From assembly GCA_030141605.1 (NCBI GenBank), contig JAQGDQ010000382.1, forward strand, positions 159,462 through 223,461: a DNA stretch of 64,000 nt, written 5' to 3'. Below the pieces are notes generated by a model that was given only the letters and a program-made list of their open reading frames with translations, did not search any database and was not told the DNA's origin. The position numbers and the translations under genes are program-made. Shown here piece after piece: positions 52,801 through 64,000 of this stretch. Origin of the DNA: Tubiluchus corallicola (taxonomy: Eukaryota > Animalia > Priapulida). Positions within the stretch are counted from its first letter, which is position 1. Every line of letters begins with the position of its first letter.

Positions 52801-55800
52801 TTCACATCCAGACAATAGGGATTCTGGTGGCTGAGAAAACCGAGTTACAGTCAGCGCTTACACAGAGTCAGCAGACGAGCAAACAGCGGGCAGGTGAAGT
52901 TGACGAGCTGCAAGGTCGCTTAAAAGCGTCACGACAACGAGTTGCTGAACTGGAGAGGGCGCTCAGCAATACGAGCTCTACGGAGAAGCATTTAGAAAAG
53001 GTTGATTTGTTAGCAAATTATTACAAAGTAGTAGTTAGGTTTACATTGCTTCTTGTGACCTTATCAGTTCTGAACGTTCGTATATTATCTAGGAACATTT
53101 CGTATTTAAGATCATCTATTTTGTAGAATAGTTTGGTAGATGTTTCTAAATTTTCTAATTTTGTGTTTGTAAGATAATATATTTTGCATGTAGTATGTTT
53201 ACATGCTTTCAGTTTCACAAAATTTGCATTTCGCTTTTATTTTTGTTTTGAAAAGAAATAATATTTTTCACACATTGTAAATGAAACTTTTCTTAATTGA
53301 ACGAGACAACAAAAAGACCTAAAAAGACTGTATTTTTACCTCTCACAAAAGTGCTTTGTGTCATGGTAAACAAGGAGAAAGGTAAGAATGGTAGATAATG
53401 CAAGGAGAAAATACTACATTTATGTTGTAATTATTTTTAATACCTATTACACACAGAAACGTCATAGTCGGAAAAGTAGTTTTTCTACTTTATTTGTTAA
53501 CCTTGTTAATGATTCTGCCTAACTAATGTTAATGTGTAATGCCCATTCATCCAATGACTGATCAGGCACAGTGGGTTTAACTTTCAAGATACAAGATTCA
53601 TTTACTCCATATCACACAACACATAAGAGAGTCATTGTTACTGTATTAAATAATGTAAATTTACAATTTAACAATTACTTAATTACAATTTAACAATGTA
53701 AATAATTTAAAGAAAGTTAGAATAATGCATTGTGTTATAAATCGCCTTGAAGCCTAGCTTGACAGAAAAATGAAAGGTAGAACAGAGGTAAACATGGGCC
53801 AAAATATTATGGTTAGTACAGGAAAGTGGAAAGAGGAAAATTAGGAGACAAAGAAAAAAGAAAATTTGACTGAAGAGTAAAGGAAACTTTGACTGAGATC
53901 ATCCAGCACATACTCTGACTTTTCTTCTTTACCCTTTGGCAAGAGTTAAGATGTTAATTGTCTCAAACTATTTATATAATCTTGTTTTTATGCTTAATTA
54001 TAGACAAGTAAAGAATATTCCAGAGAGGCAGAACAATTGAAACAAAATGTTTATGAATTGGGGTAAGTATAGTATCACAATAAGATTAAGCTGCTAACTT
54101 GGCACTCTGGTTTATAAATTAGCATTGTCCTTCTCTTCTTGTTTTGGTGCATTCTGTGCCTTCCTCGCTTTCCCTCCCTTATCCGTTTTCTCTCTTCTAC
54201 TCAATTCTTTCTCTTTCTTCTCCCTTGTCTTTCTCTTCCTTTCTCATCACCCTTTTCCTTTTGATTTCTGGTTGCTCTTGTTGATTTTTCTTCATTTTTG
54301 TAGCAAAGAGAAAGAAGAGTTGAAGCAGCAACTTGCTGAACTGAAGAGTAAAATGAAATCAAAAGTTTTAGACTGTCAAAAGCTTGAATACACAGTACAA
54401 GATTTACAAAGTAAACTTGCTATGTCCGAGCTCTATGCCCAACAGGTACATGTCTTTTTTACATTTATTTAACTTTTATAATATTGCTTCTAATTTTGTT
54501 GGTTATTGCAATTTATTATTGTTTATTGTATTGGCTATTGTATCGGTTATTGTATTGGCTATCATACTATCATTATAATTATATAACTTTTTACAAATCT
54601 TAGATTTCCAGCCAAAATGATCAGATTGCTAAAGCGCAGTTGGAAGAAGCGCAGCAAGAAAAAACTGAAGTGGAAAAACGATTAGAACAAGTAAGCTTAT
54701 TTTTCTGCTTGGTAAATAAGTGCATTTTAAAATTATTTTGTTGAATTCGTGTGTCAGTAGGGTTATGGCCCGAAGATATTCCTTGTCTACGCAGTCTTCC
54801 ACATTTGGAAATAATGCTGAGAATGCATCTCAAACATGACAGTCATTTTGGCAACCACTGGCTGCTTAATTGTAAAAATAGGCATTCTTGCCATTGTAGA
54901 ACCCGCCTCCATCAAATTCATGGGTTACCTTTAGTACAGCAAAATAGACAACGGGAAAGCAGACTCATAAGAAGTTTTTGTTTTTATTTTGCAGGTTCAA
55001 GAATCATTCCAAAAAGCCTGTGATGAACGAGATCAGCTTTCAGAACAGTACCAGAAGTACACAGAGCAGCTGAATCATCAAATACATTCGTTAAAACAAC
55101 AGTTAACTGATAGTGATCAAGAAAGGGACCAACTTAGGCACTGGAAAGAAGACCTAGTAGGTCAGGTTGAGGAACTTCGGGCACAGCTAGGTGCGCAATC
55201 CTTATTGTTTTGGTTTTAATTTGCTTATAATTGCTGATTAATATAAACAGACAGCCTGGCCTTTGTAATAAAATGTAACTGAGATTTATTTAATGGGATG
55301 TTGTTAGTTGCCAAACTGCACGCCATGCGTGGAGTGTACACACATATCTCGGTTTGCCGGACCTCGCTTTTGCGGCTATCCGTAAATTCGAACAAAATCT
55401 GGCTCCTTAAAAGTCCAGCATACTACGGACACTGTTCTTTGCTTCGCAAGCCGACCGCTAGATGGCAGGCCGTCACTTTGTTTATGTCCAAGCGGCATGT
55501 AATGACACTTGTGTAGCTTGTGTGTCACCGTGTTTAGTGGTTTAATGAGCATCAGAGTCAATTATGACAGGTTATTTGAGTCAATCACCGGTCCGTTCTA
55601 GATGTTTTTCAGACAATTAGCCAACTGATTCCCCATTAACGTGTATTTAATACATGTCACCTACCGTATTAGCTTACTATCGGAAAAAACGAACAATCGG
55701 CAAATTCAGACCGACGTCTCCGTCTTTTGTCCGGCAAATCGATATATGAGTGCATTAGAAGAATTTGTTGGAGTTTAAGGGCCGTTAGGTCCCACAAGTT

Positions 55801-58023
55801 GGAAAATCCTACCTTTTATGCATTAAGCTCATCTTAGATTCATTTTATGTAGCAGTTTCTTGTGAGAAAATAGCTACATATCTTTAGAAAACATGTGGAT
55901 CCCAAACAGTCCTGTGTGTCATAAAATACACTTTGCATCCAGGTGATGTTTTACAAGCACCCAGCAGTTTCAGTAGTAATTCTCTTTAAACTGTCATTTT
56001 TTATCTCGCTTTATCCATCCTAATGTAAACTGAATCATTACTATCACTGCTGTAGTAACTGTAATATTTCTGATCATATAATAATAACTATGGTGAGAAT
56101 TTTCTATTTTTTTATTTTTAGCTTCTAAGGAGAATTCTCCACAGACTAATCAGCAGGTGCTAAGTGAATTGTCTGAAAAGCAGGATGAAATCAGGCAACT
56201 AAAAAGTGAAATAGAGATGGTTTCTCATCAGTATCAAACTCAGGTACTGGCAGTTTTGCTGTTTGTGGTTGAAAGCTAAGATTGTAAAAGAATAACTGCG
56301 TTCAGTAAGTTAACCGGCTCTGCCTTTTTTAGTGAAATTTCACAAAATGTTTGTGCGTCTTAGAGATATTTGCTGTGAATAACTTTTCTCCCATTACAGT
56401 ATTTGCAAATGTGAATTTGCCTATTTACTCTTTCATTTACACTATTGTAGTAGATAAGTGAGTCTGCACTTCTTTCCTTTTTCTTCATAAATTAATAAAT
56501 GTGACGTTTCTTCATAAAAGCAAAGCTTAGATGGGTTGGATGCCATAATAATAATAGCAATAATAATAATAATATAATAACTAGCCAAACCCCACAAAAA
56601 GAATTTTGTGCACAAATCAACACACAACCACACCACACCACTCCACCTCATCACACCACACTGCACCACACCATACCACTCCACCTCATCGCACCACACT
56701 GCACCACACAATACCACCACACCGCACCGCACCACACCATACCACCTACACACCACACCACCCACTCCACCACATCACACCACACTGCATCACACCATAC
56801 CACTGCACCACACCGCACCACCCACACACCACACCACACCACACCACCCACACCATAATACTCCACCACATCACACCGCACTGCACCACACCATAACACC
56901 ACACCGCACCACAACACCCACCCACACACCACGCCACCCACTCCATACCACACTACCCACACCACACCCCACACACCCTATCACCCCACCACACCATCCA
57001 TAGCACAACACACAAAGCACACCACCACCACACCACATCAAATCCACCACCTCACGTGGTGATCATGATGTTGATGATGGTGATGATGATGATGACAGTG
57101 GCAACGATGACGACACCTATAGCACAAGCACCAACAGCACAGCATTACAACAAAACCATTCCAAACATTTTTCACAAAGTTGAAACTATGTGCTATAATA
57201 TAATAAATAGCAAAGGCCCCGCAAAAGATTTTGCGTATAAATACACGTGTAATCAATAATACGCGAACATCCTACCTAGTCCTCATTTATAACGCAAAGC
57301 CCGTAACATCATGCCTACTGTTTGTTTAACTAACGCAAACCCGTAGCAGGCAGCGTTTTGCTGAATTAAAGTTATAAGATTACAGCAGAGTACAATGGAT
57401 GACGTCACAACAATGCCTTTGCGTCAGCAGTTTTCTAAGCGAAAATTGCCGAAAATGGAACTTCTAATTAACTCGCCAGTACTCCTCTCGGTGGACCTGC
57501 CCTAAAATATAACCTACATCATCGTGTAGCCCTGTCCTTCCTCTTTGTAAAGAGCTATATATCTCCTTCCGAGAGTCCCACCGGGCGCCGCTAGAACGTT
57601 TTTCCCGCATGCTGTTTGGTCAAAATTTCGAAAAAATCGCGAGTTGGGTCCGGGAAAACGCCCGTTGCGGGGCGCCGTGGCCCTCTCGGGAATTCTAAAT
57701 AGGCCTACTACACCCACCGCTGAACGGGCTATCTATCCATACCCAGCACCCCCCTCGGCCCATTCCAGTTCTCTACATCTCAGCCGTATAACTTTTGCAA
57801 AAAACGGCCGAAAAAGGGCCATTTTTGGAGGTTTTTCGCCTCCCCCTCCTCCCGGTGGGCCCCATTCGAAAAATAAACCATCAATGAGAAGACACTAGAT
57901 CGAGACCTTTCGTTTGATATATAGATCGCCGCAAATGGTGCCCTCGTCCGGGCTGTAGCCTCGAATCTTATATATATATATATAAATTAAGCCCATACCA
58001 AGAATATTAATATAAGAGTATAG

Positions 58024-58070
<47 letters not shown>

Positions 58071-61000
58071 TTATATAGCACCCCAAATATATAAAAATAC
58101 TCAATTGTGCTTTAAAACCAAAGATTTTACAAAGTCTAAAATAAATCATAAAACTATACACACTGTAACATCATAAAGAAAAGCCCTAAAAATTCAACCC
58201 AAAAGATAAACGCTAGTTAGCAAAACGTACTCGAAATTAAAATGCAATTCAATTCCCACATTCTAACGTAAAAAGATGTCTTGAGTAATTTTTTAAATGT
58301 AATTGTATTATTGCAGCTTCTAATATTCAGTGGTGGTAGGCTGTCCAAATATAATAATAAACAACTTATTATATAACATACATTCTAACAACGGGCTTAA
58401 TTGTGCTGTTTAGATGCAACTTATGTAATAGTCGGCAGATAACAGTTGTGTTTGTCCGAGGATCTGTTAATAACGTCAGCTTTGGCCACTACTTCAGTTT
58501 TGTTTTTAGGTTCATGATAATGCCCAGCTCAGTCGTCTAATTGAGGAGAAGGAGGAAGCCATTTCACATCTGGAGCTGCAGTTATCCCGGCATAATGAAG
58601 AGGTGGAGACTAGGCAGCAGCTTCTGGAGGCGGTGCAGGGTGATAAGGTCACCATTAGTCGTGCCCTGGCTCAGAACAAGGAGTTGAAAACGCAGCTGTT
58701 GGAGTTGCAAGAACAGTTTGTGCGAATGGTGAGTGCTTTATTATGTCATGGTTTTATTTATCATTTATAGTTACATAACTGTTTAAACTCGGGTTTCTTT
58801 TTACTTCGACACAACAAGTTAAAGCAACACAAATCTACTGTTTAAAATATTGAAAGTAAACATACTACTTTTTCAAAAATGACTTTCGTGAAAGAATTAT
58901 TACCACAGAAACACACTTTCTCATTCGCGCTACTAGTTCTTGCATTTTGAAATTCGCTAGTTAGACGGGCACTAGCATCTGCATTTCGGAAATGCATTGA
59001 ACAAAAAACGGGTGCAGTACCTCTCAGTTTAGATGTGTTTCTGACAAACTACACACGTTCAGCAGCGGTAAATTTTAAATTTTATCTTACAATTTGTCTA
59101 GTTTTAATACAACACACTGAATATCTTACAGTAGCACTGTACTTTTTTCACTTTCACAAACGCTCGTGGAATATTTTTGCTGTTAAAAATTAAGTTAGTT
59201 TGTGATGTCATCAATAGTTGGGCTCGTCAGTCATTAATTAAGTTTTTAATCTATTATTTAATTATCAGAAACGTTTTATAGTATTAATGGTGTTAAAATT
59301 TATACATTTTATTGGACTTGAAAATAGGGTAGTATATAAAAAATCATCCTGTGTTCCTTTAAACATTGCTACGTCATAACAAATACACATTTGAAGAAAA
59401 ATTTTGTTCATACTATAGATCTGTCAATTTATTATAGCATTTATTATAGATATGCTTATGACAATTTTCAAAAAGAGACATAATATTACTACACATCAGG
59501 TGGAAAAGCCACAAAAATGATCAGTGTTGAAGCATCACATATACTGGAATTTTAATTGTTTGATCCAATTGCTCATTTTTTCAAACTGTATCGGAATTTT
59601 TGTGTTTTAATGTTTAATTTCCTTAACACGGACAAAGTTAAGACTCCTAGAAAAAGACGCTAAGCTAGCCTACACCATTTGACATTTCATTGGCCTTAAG
59701 AGGAGCATATATGGGTATATCTGAATGAAGTCAGCAGCTTACCGTTCATCTTAAACTTATGTCATTAACTTATGTTATTATCACAGAAAACATCTAAAGG
59801 TAGCGGTAAAAATAACATGATACCTCGCTGTTTTTTTTGACAGAGCAATGACAACATGAAACTAACAACAGATCTCCAGTCAGAGCAGCACATATCCAAG
59901 GAACTTGCTCACCGATTAACTCAACAGGAAGATGAATTATCTGATGTCCGAGATCAGGTATCGTAGTCGTTTCTATTCATCAAAATGACCTGTACCTGTT
60001 ACTGTACAGGGTGCTAAGTTTAATATTATATTTGTAGTTTACAGTTTATTTACACTTTCGTGCTATCACATCAGTCGCTGTTTTATGTCCCTCATTAAAA
60101 TGCACTACTGCCATCAGTTTAAATTTGGAGTAGGGAATTTTTGCACCTGTGTCATGTTTGATTGTTTTTAATACAGGTAAGACTGTGAATGACTGTAAAT
60201 TTATCATTGTTTTATCTTTTTTAAAGTGGCTTTTTGTAGTTATTAATAGTATGTATGCAATTTAGCTTCATCTTTTTTATAGTTGTTGAAGCGAGAAAGG
60301 CAATTGGAGTCATTCTATGTTGAGCAAAGTAAAGAGTTGTATACACAGGATCAAATAGCTGATCGTTTACGGCATTACGAAGCTCAAAGTAACCTGGTAG
60401 AAACTTTACAGCGTGAGCTCAACAGTGCTCAGGTAGGACTAGGTTGTATTGTGTGCATTGAACTGAATCACATTCTATAATTTTATTTTTTATGATTGGT
60501 GACTGTTTGTTTTTTCATTTGCTGTTGTGGAAAATTCTTTTTTTGTACTTTATTTATTTTGTCAAAATTTTCTATTTTTGCTTAAAAATTATGATTTAGA
60601 TAGACTTATGTCATTAATTTTTTTTTTATTTATCATACTACCATTTTGTTTACATGATTTGGAAGTGCCAATCAACAATATTTTAACACTGCATTAAATA
60701 TTGTTTTCAAAAGGATACCATTAATGCCTTGACTAACCAGAAGATGGAGCTGTTGCAGCAGTTGGCATTACAGGATGAGAGGGGAAGTGTCTCTAGTGAG
60801 GATAGTAACAAGAATGATGTGATGGTATGTAAATGGAGTGTCTTGCAAGATATAAGAAAGAGCCAGGGCTGTCTGTCCGCACGATAGGCCCTGGGCAATC
60901 TATGGGGGCCTTTCTTGTCTGAATTTCATTTCTGCTTGTATCACCAATAGCAAAGGACTTGTCTCATACAGAAACATACAAGAAATCAACCATCAGTGGT

Positions 61001-62805
61001 TGATTGTTCCACCATTTGTTATCTTTGTACTCTAACAAGGATACATTTAGAAATGTTTATTTGTCTAAGAATCATCTTGCAGAAATACACAGCTTCAGGT
61101 ATTCAAGTGATCTTGTGCTTTTCAGATCCTGAATTGTTGAATTTTCAATCTTTGGGCTTTCAAGTGGATATATGGCAGTAATGAAAAAGTCACAACTTGT
61201 TGTCTTGCAATCTAAAAACAATAGAAACAGAACTAACAGTTGTGGCAACAATGATCTATAACTACCCTAGTAACAGGTCTCTTTGGCTATTGTTTTGGAA
61301 AAAATTCTTTGTTTTTTAATGTTTCACAATTAAATTTTTTAATATTTTAATAAAAAGAAATATGAAAATCATAGCCAGTGTTTTAAAATTGTGAAGAACA
61401 TTTTTTTTAAATGCAAATAACACTTTTGAGTTTACTGGGAATATAATTCGACTATTTTTTGGTTTAATTTAGTTTCCAATTTTCCCATTTTACATATTTC
61501 AGGTTAACGATTTGTCAGCAGCTTTACGTCAGTTACAGATGGAACGTGATGAGCTCAACTCGCGTTTAACAGAGCAGCGTCAAGAACACGAAGCCCTATT
61601 GGAAGAGTTGGAAGATTTAAGGAGGAATACTCCTGCCATTTCAACATCTGGAGAGATTATATCCAAGGCTGAATACGATTCCCTGAAGTTTGCAATGGAT
61701 AAGTTACAGGTACTTTAGCATACAAATCGCATTAAAATGCTAATAGTGTTGCAATGTTTTTGTTAATTAACATCTGAGAAATATTGACTGGATCTCTCAG
61801 TGTGCATTGTCACTTCACCTATATCAGCTGCTAGATCATTTTAAGACAGATGTGTTTGTGACGTCTTTTGAACTTAACGTTGTTTAAACTCAACAACAAA
61901 CGTTATTAGAACACCATTCTGAAAGCTTTTACCAGGAATTTACCTGATTTGAAAACAGCCTATGATGATAGAATGGTAAATTGAGTGGTCAAGATTTTTT
62001 TTCACAAAGGATCAGTTTCATTGCTAGTTAGGAAACACATGGAAATCCACTGAGAACAACAATGTTGACTCAGTTATTTAACAACAGTTATTTCTACTGA
62101 TCTAATTGCACTTCTGGTCCGCACCCTTCCAGCTTTACTCATTTCTATACCAAGGGTCTTAACGTCTCACAGGAGGGAAATATTTCAAAGCTATAAAAAG
62201 GTCTGAGAACTAGAGAGTATAAACAACCTTTTGGTATCGAATTTCTCATCAGGAAATGACTGATATGCGTATGTCTTCTACATGTAGTGCAAAAGTTTAG
62301 TAGAAATGTAACATCTCATTTTAGGGGACCAGTTTATGATGCATTACTATATATATATATTTATTAATGTTGGCTATGTTATTGAAAACCTATTCAAAGT
62401 TCCATTCTTGTATTGTGGATGAATGCTTGTCTGGCAAGGCATAAAACAATAGTGAACATTCATTCATTCAGTTAATCAAGATTGATAATTCTTCTATTGA
62501 AGCTAGCTACATGTTAAGAAATAAGGTGCATTGAGCCTGTGGAAGATTCCTGTGAATCTGCTAAATTCTTTGTTGCACTTCAGTGCAAATGTGAAGTTTT
62601 GTAGCTAATTGTCTAATGCAAACAAAACTGTTTGTTAAAGTGGCTGTTTGAAAATGGTGTTAGAAAATTGACGCAATACTTTGTTTCCTGTAATACTTGC
62701 AGGATCGTTTTATCCGGGCCATGTCTGAAAATGCTGAGATGCAAGATAAAAACCAACAGATGGAGCATTTGATACTGCAGTTACAAGGCGAAACAGATAC
62801 AATAG
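43881..62805 (+). CDS. GOLGA2: Golgin subfamily A member 2 (GM130), 3'-partial, 18 exons in window
   Basis: Exons 43881-43928, 47068-47148, 47883-47989, 49357-49471, 50278-50358, 51744-51845, 52800-53000, 54004-54062, 54304-54445, 54604-54690, 54995-55190, 56122-56243, 58510-58728, 59844-59957, 60283-60432, 60714-60824, 61503-61709, 62703-62805 join in frame. GM130 motifs: [70 protein letters not shown]. Long coiled coil. Last exon ends in phase 1, so the gene continues past the window. Confidence 0.93.
45204..45803. mobile_element. Probable MITE in GOLGA2 intron 1
   Basis: GGGCCGAAGAAAAAAAT...ATTTTTATTGTCGGCCC imperfect inverted ends. No clear TSD. Confidence 0.45.
49477..49642. mobile_element. 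Short TA-flanked MITE, family B (deleted form)
   Basis: Perfect 13-bp inverted ends TACACTCATATCT...AGATATGAGTGTA. Related to 55337-55754. Confidence 0.75.
50453..50918 (+). mobile_element. Internally deleted pogo-family transposon retaining the transposase C-terminus
   Basis: TA|CCGTATTTTCCCGTGTATAAGA...TCTTATACATGGGAAAATACGG|TA TIRs. 50653-50838 translates [25 protein letters not shown]...acidic tail-stop, resembling the end of pogo DDE transposases. Confidence 0.88.
51902..52412. mobile_element. MITE with about 16-bp TIRs in a GOLGA2 intron
   Basis: TTAAAGGAAAACCGGACAATTGT...ACAATCGTCCGGTTTTCACT (core 15/16 match); CpG-rich interior. Right TTAA not preserved. Confidence 0.6.
55337..55754. 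mobile_element. MITE, family B (longer form)
   Basis: TACACACATATCTCGGTTTGCCGGAC...GTCCGGCAAATCGATATATGAGTGCA inverted ends. Shares GGACCTCGCTTTT, CAAAATCTGG and GCATACTACGGACA with 49477-49642. Confidence 0.75.
56581..57984 (-). mobile_element. Two adjacent non-autonomous Helitron-like elements (about 56581-57205 and 57207-57984)
   Basis: Minus strand shows hairpin CACAAAA-TTCT-TTTTGTG then ...GGCTAG|T ending at 56581, and hairpin CGCAAAA-TC-TTTTGCG then ...GCTAT ending at 57207, the hairpin+CTRR Helitron 3' signature (second copy degenerate). The second element is GC/CpG-rich and starts in a (TA)n run. 5' TC termini are not clearly seen. Confidence 0.55.
56620..57040. repeat. Degenerate (CACCA)n low-complexity repeat
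   Basis: About 420 bp of CACCA/CACAC/CACTG variants; explains the spurious His/Thr/Pro and Val/Trp/Cys ORFs. Confidence 0.9.
58025..58350 (-). mobile_element. 5'-truncated LINE (CR1/L2-type) 3' remnant with (ATT)n tail
   Basis: Minus strand 58350-58270 gives IW/(frameshift)[24 protein letters not shown], resembling the WNSLP...FK..LKT C-terminus of CR1/L2 ORF2. It is followed by an AT-rich UTR and the (ATT)n run at 58025-58070. Confidence 0.55.
58819..59362 (+). mobile_element. Kolobok-like MITE, family A copy 3 (GOLGA2 intron)
   Basis: TTAA|AGCAACACA...TGTGTTCCT|TTAA imperfect TIR. Internal homology to the other copies. Confidence 0.8.
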
Positions 62806-63653
62806 GTAAAGTTCTGAAAGCAGTAAACCCAAGAAAGAAAAATTTTGTATTTTTTGTAGTCATTAGTTAGTTCATTCTGTAGTTCTGAATAATTATATGG
62901 AAACACTCAAGCCAATAAGCTGTAAGAGTTGTCTAAAAAGTCAAATTATCATAAAATACCAGAATGATACCACAAAATATCCCAATACCACAAAAAATGC
63001 ATAGAGATATCGCAAAATAGAATAATTTCTTTACTTTAATTTGTTGATAAAATTTGCTGTGAACAACTTAACTTGGTGGCAAATTTGTGCGACGAATAAG
63101 AAATGGCAAACTTTTAACTTTATAGATCAACTGTCTAATATCACTGTTGAGTTACTTGCTTGCGAACAACTCTATAGAGCCATTCATTTTGCTGTGTTGT
63201 TCTCATTTTTGTTGTCGTTCATGTAATTCAATACTTTACCATTCACTCATTGTGTGGTTTACAATGCATAATAAATTTTCCCAAAAATTAGGATCTGTGG
63301 CATTTGTAAATTCTGTATAATCTGTATGTATCGATATGTATAATCTGCTAACAACGGCTTATTACCATCATTTCAACGAGTTTTTTATGTGGTTTTGATA
63401 TTCGTGCCCTTGAACATGGCCATTAGGCATTCAGTTTTTAAAAATTGATTTCTGTCTAAGATGTGAAATATTTATTGACGGCTAAATTTCGCTTCAGTAG
63501 GAAAAATTCTTTGGAAAGATAATGTCGGAAGTGGCGCAATACTGTGTTCTAATTACTCTCTGTTGCTTTTTAATAATTTAATAATGAATTTCTGCCCAAG
63601 CAAAGCCAAATGGATAATGACTAGAATGAGAGGGAGAGGAGGGACACAAAAAC

Positions 63654-63929
<276 letters not shown>

Positions 63930-64000
63930 AAGTAATCTAATGCTTAACATTTGGATTAGTTATTAAAAAGATTTTCTTAAAAGTAAAGTCTCATTTACAT

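Noticed and set aside
56442-57259. His/Thr/Pro-rich and Val/Trp/Cys-rich ORFs
   Set aside because: Open in several frames only because the (CACCA)n repeat lacks stops; lies within a GOLGA2 intron.

Overview
Eukaryotic (invertebrate metazoan-like, AT-rich, GT-AG intron-rich) genomic DNA, not prokaryotic. By assembling exons by hand (splice signals plus phase continuity) I find four housekeeping genes: a C1orf131/DUF4602-like 40S processome factor (+, 4 coding exons, 2175-5144), ER alpha-1,2-mannosidase MAN1B1 (-, 12 coding exons, 16833-8493), the PIN-domain RNA endonuclease SWT1 with an N-terminal WW domain (+, 15 coding exons, 20190-36637) and golgin GM130/GOLGA2 (+, 18 exons from 43881, running off the right end). 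Introns and intergenic DNA hold several non-autonomous DNA transposons (TTAA-flanked Kolobok-like and piggyBac-like, TA-flanked pogo/Tc1-like, Helitron-like), a LINE remnant and microsatellites. The most unusual structure is a 21 x 96-bp tandem array beginning inside SWT1 exon 10. Every unit reads as a complete 86-nt GT...branch...polyT-AG mini-intron plus a 10-nt copy of the exon end, i.e. 20 potential poison micro-exons or recursive splice steps. A second array (23 x 50 bp) just downstream of SWT1 repeats a CAG|GTAAT ratchet-point-like motif. No CRISPR array, tRNA or rRNA was seen. Gene identities come from recognised motifs, not from database searches.
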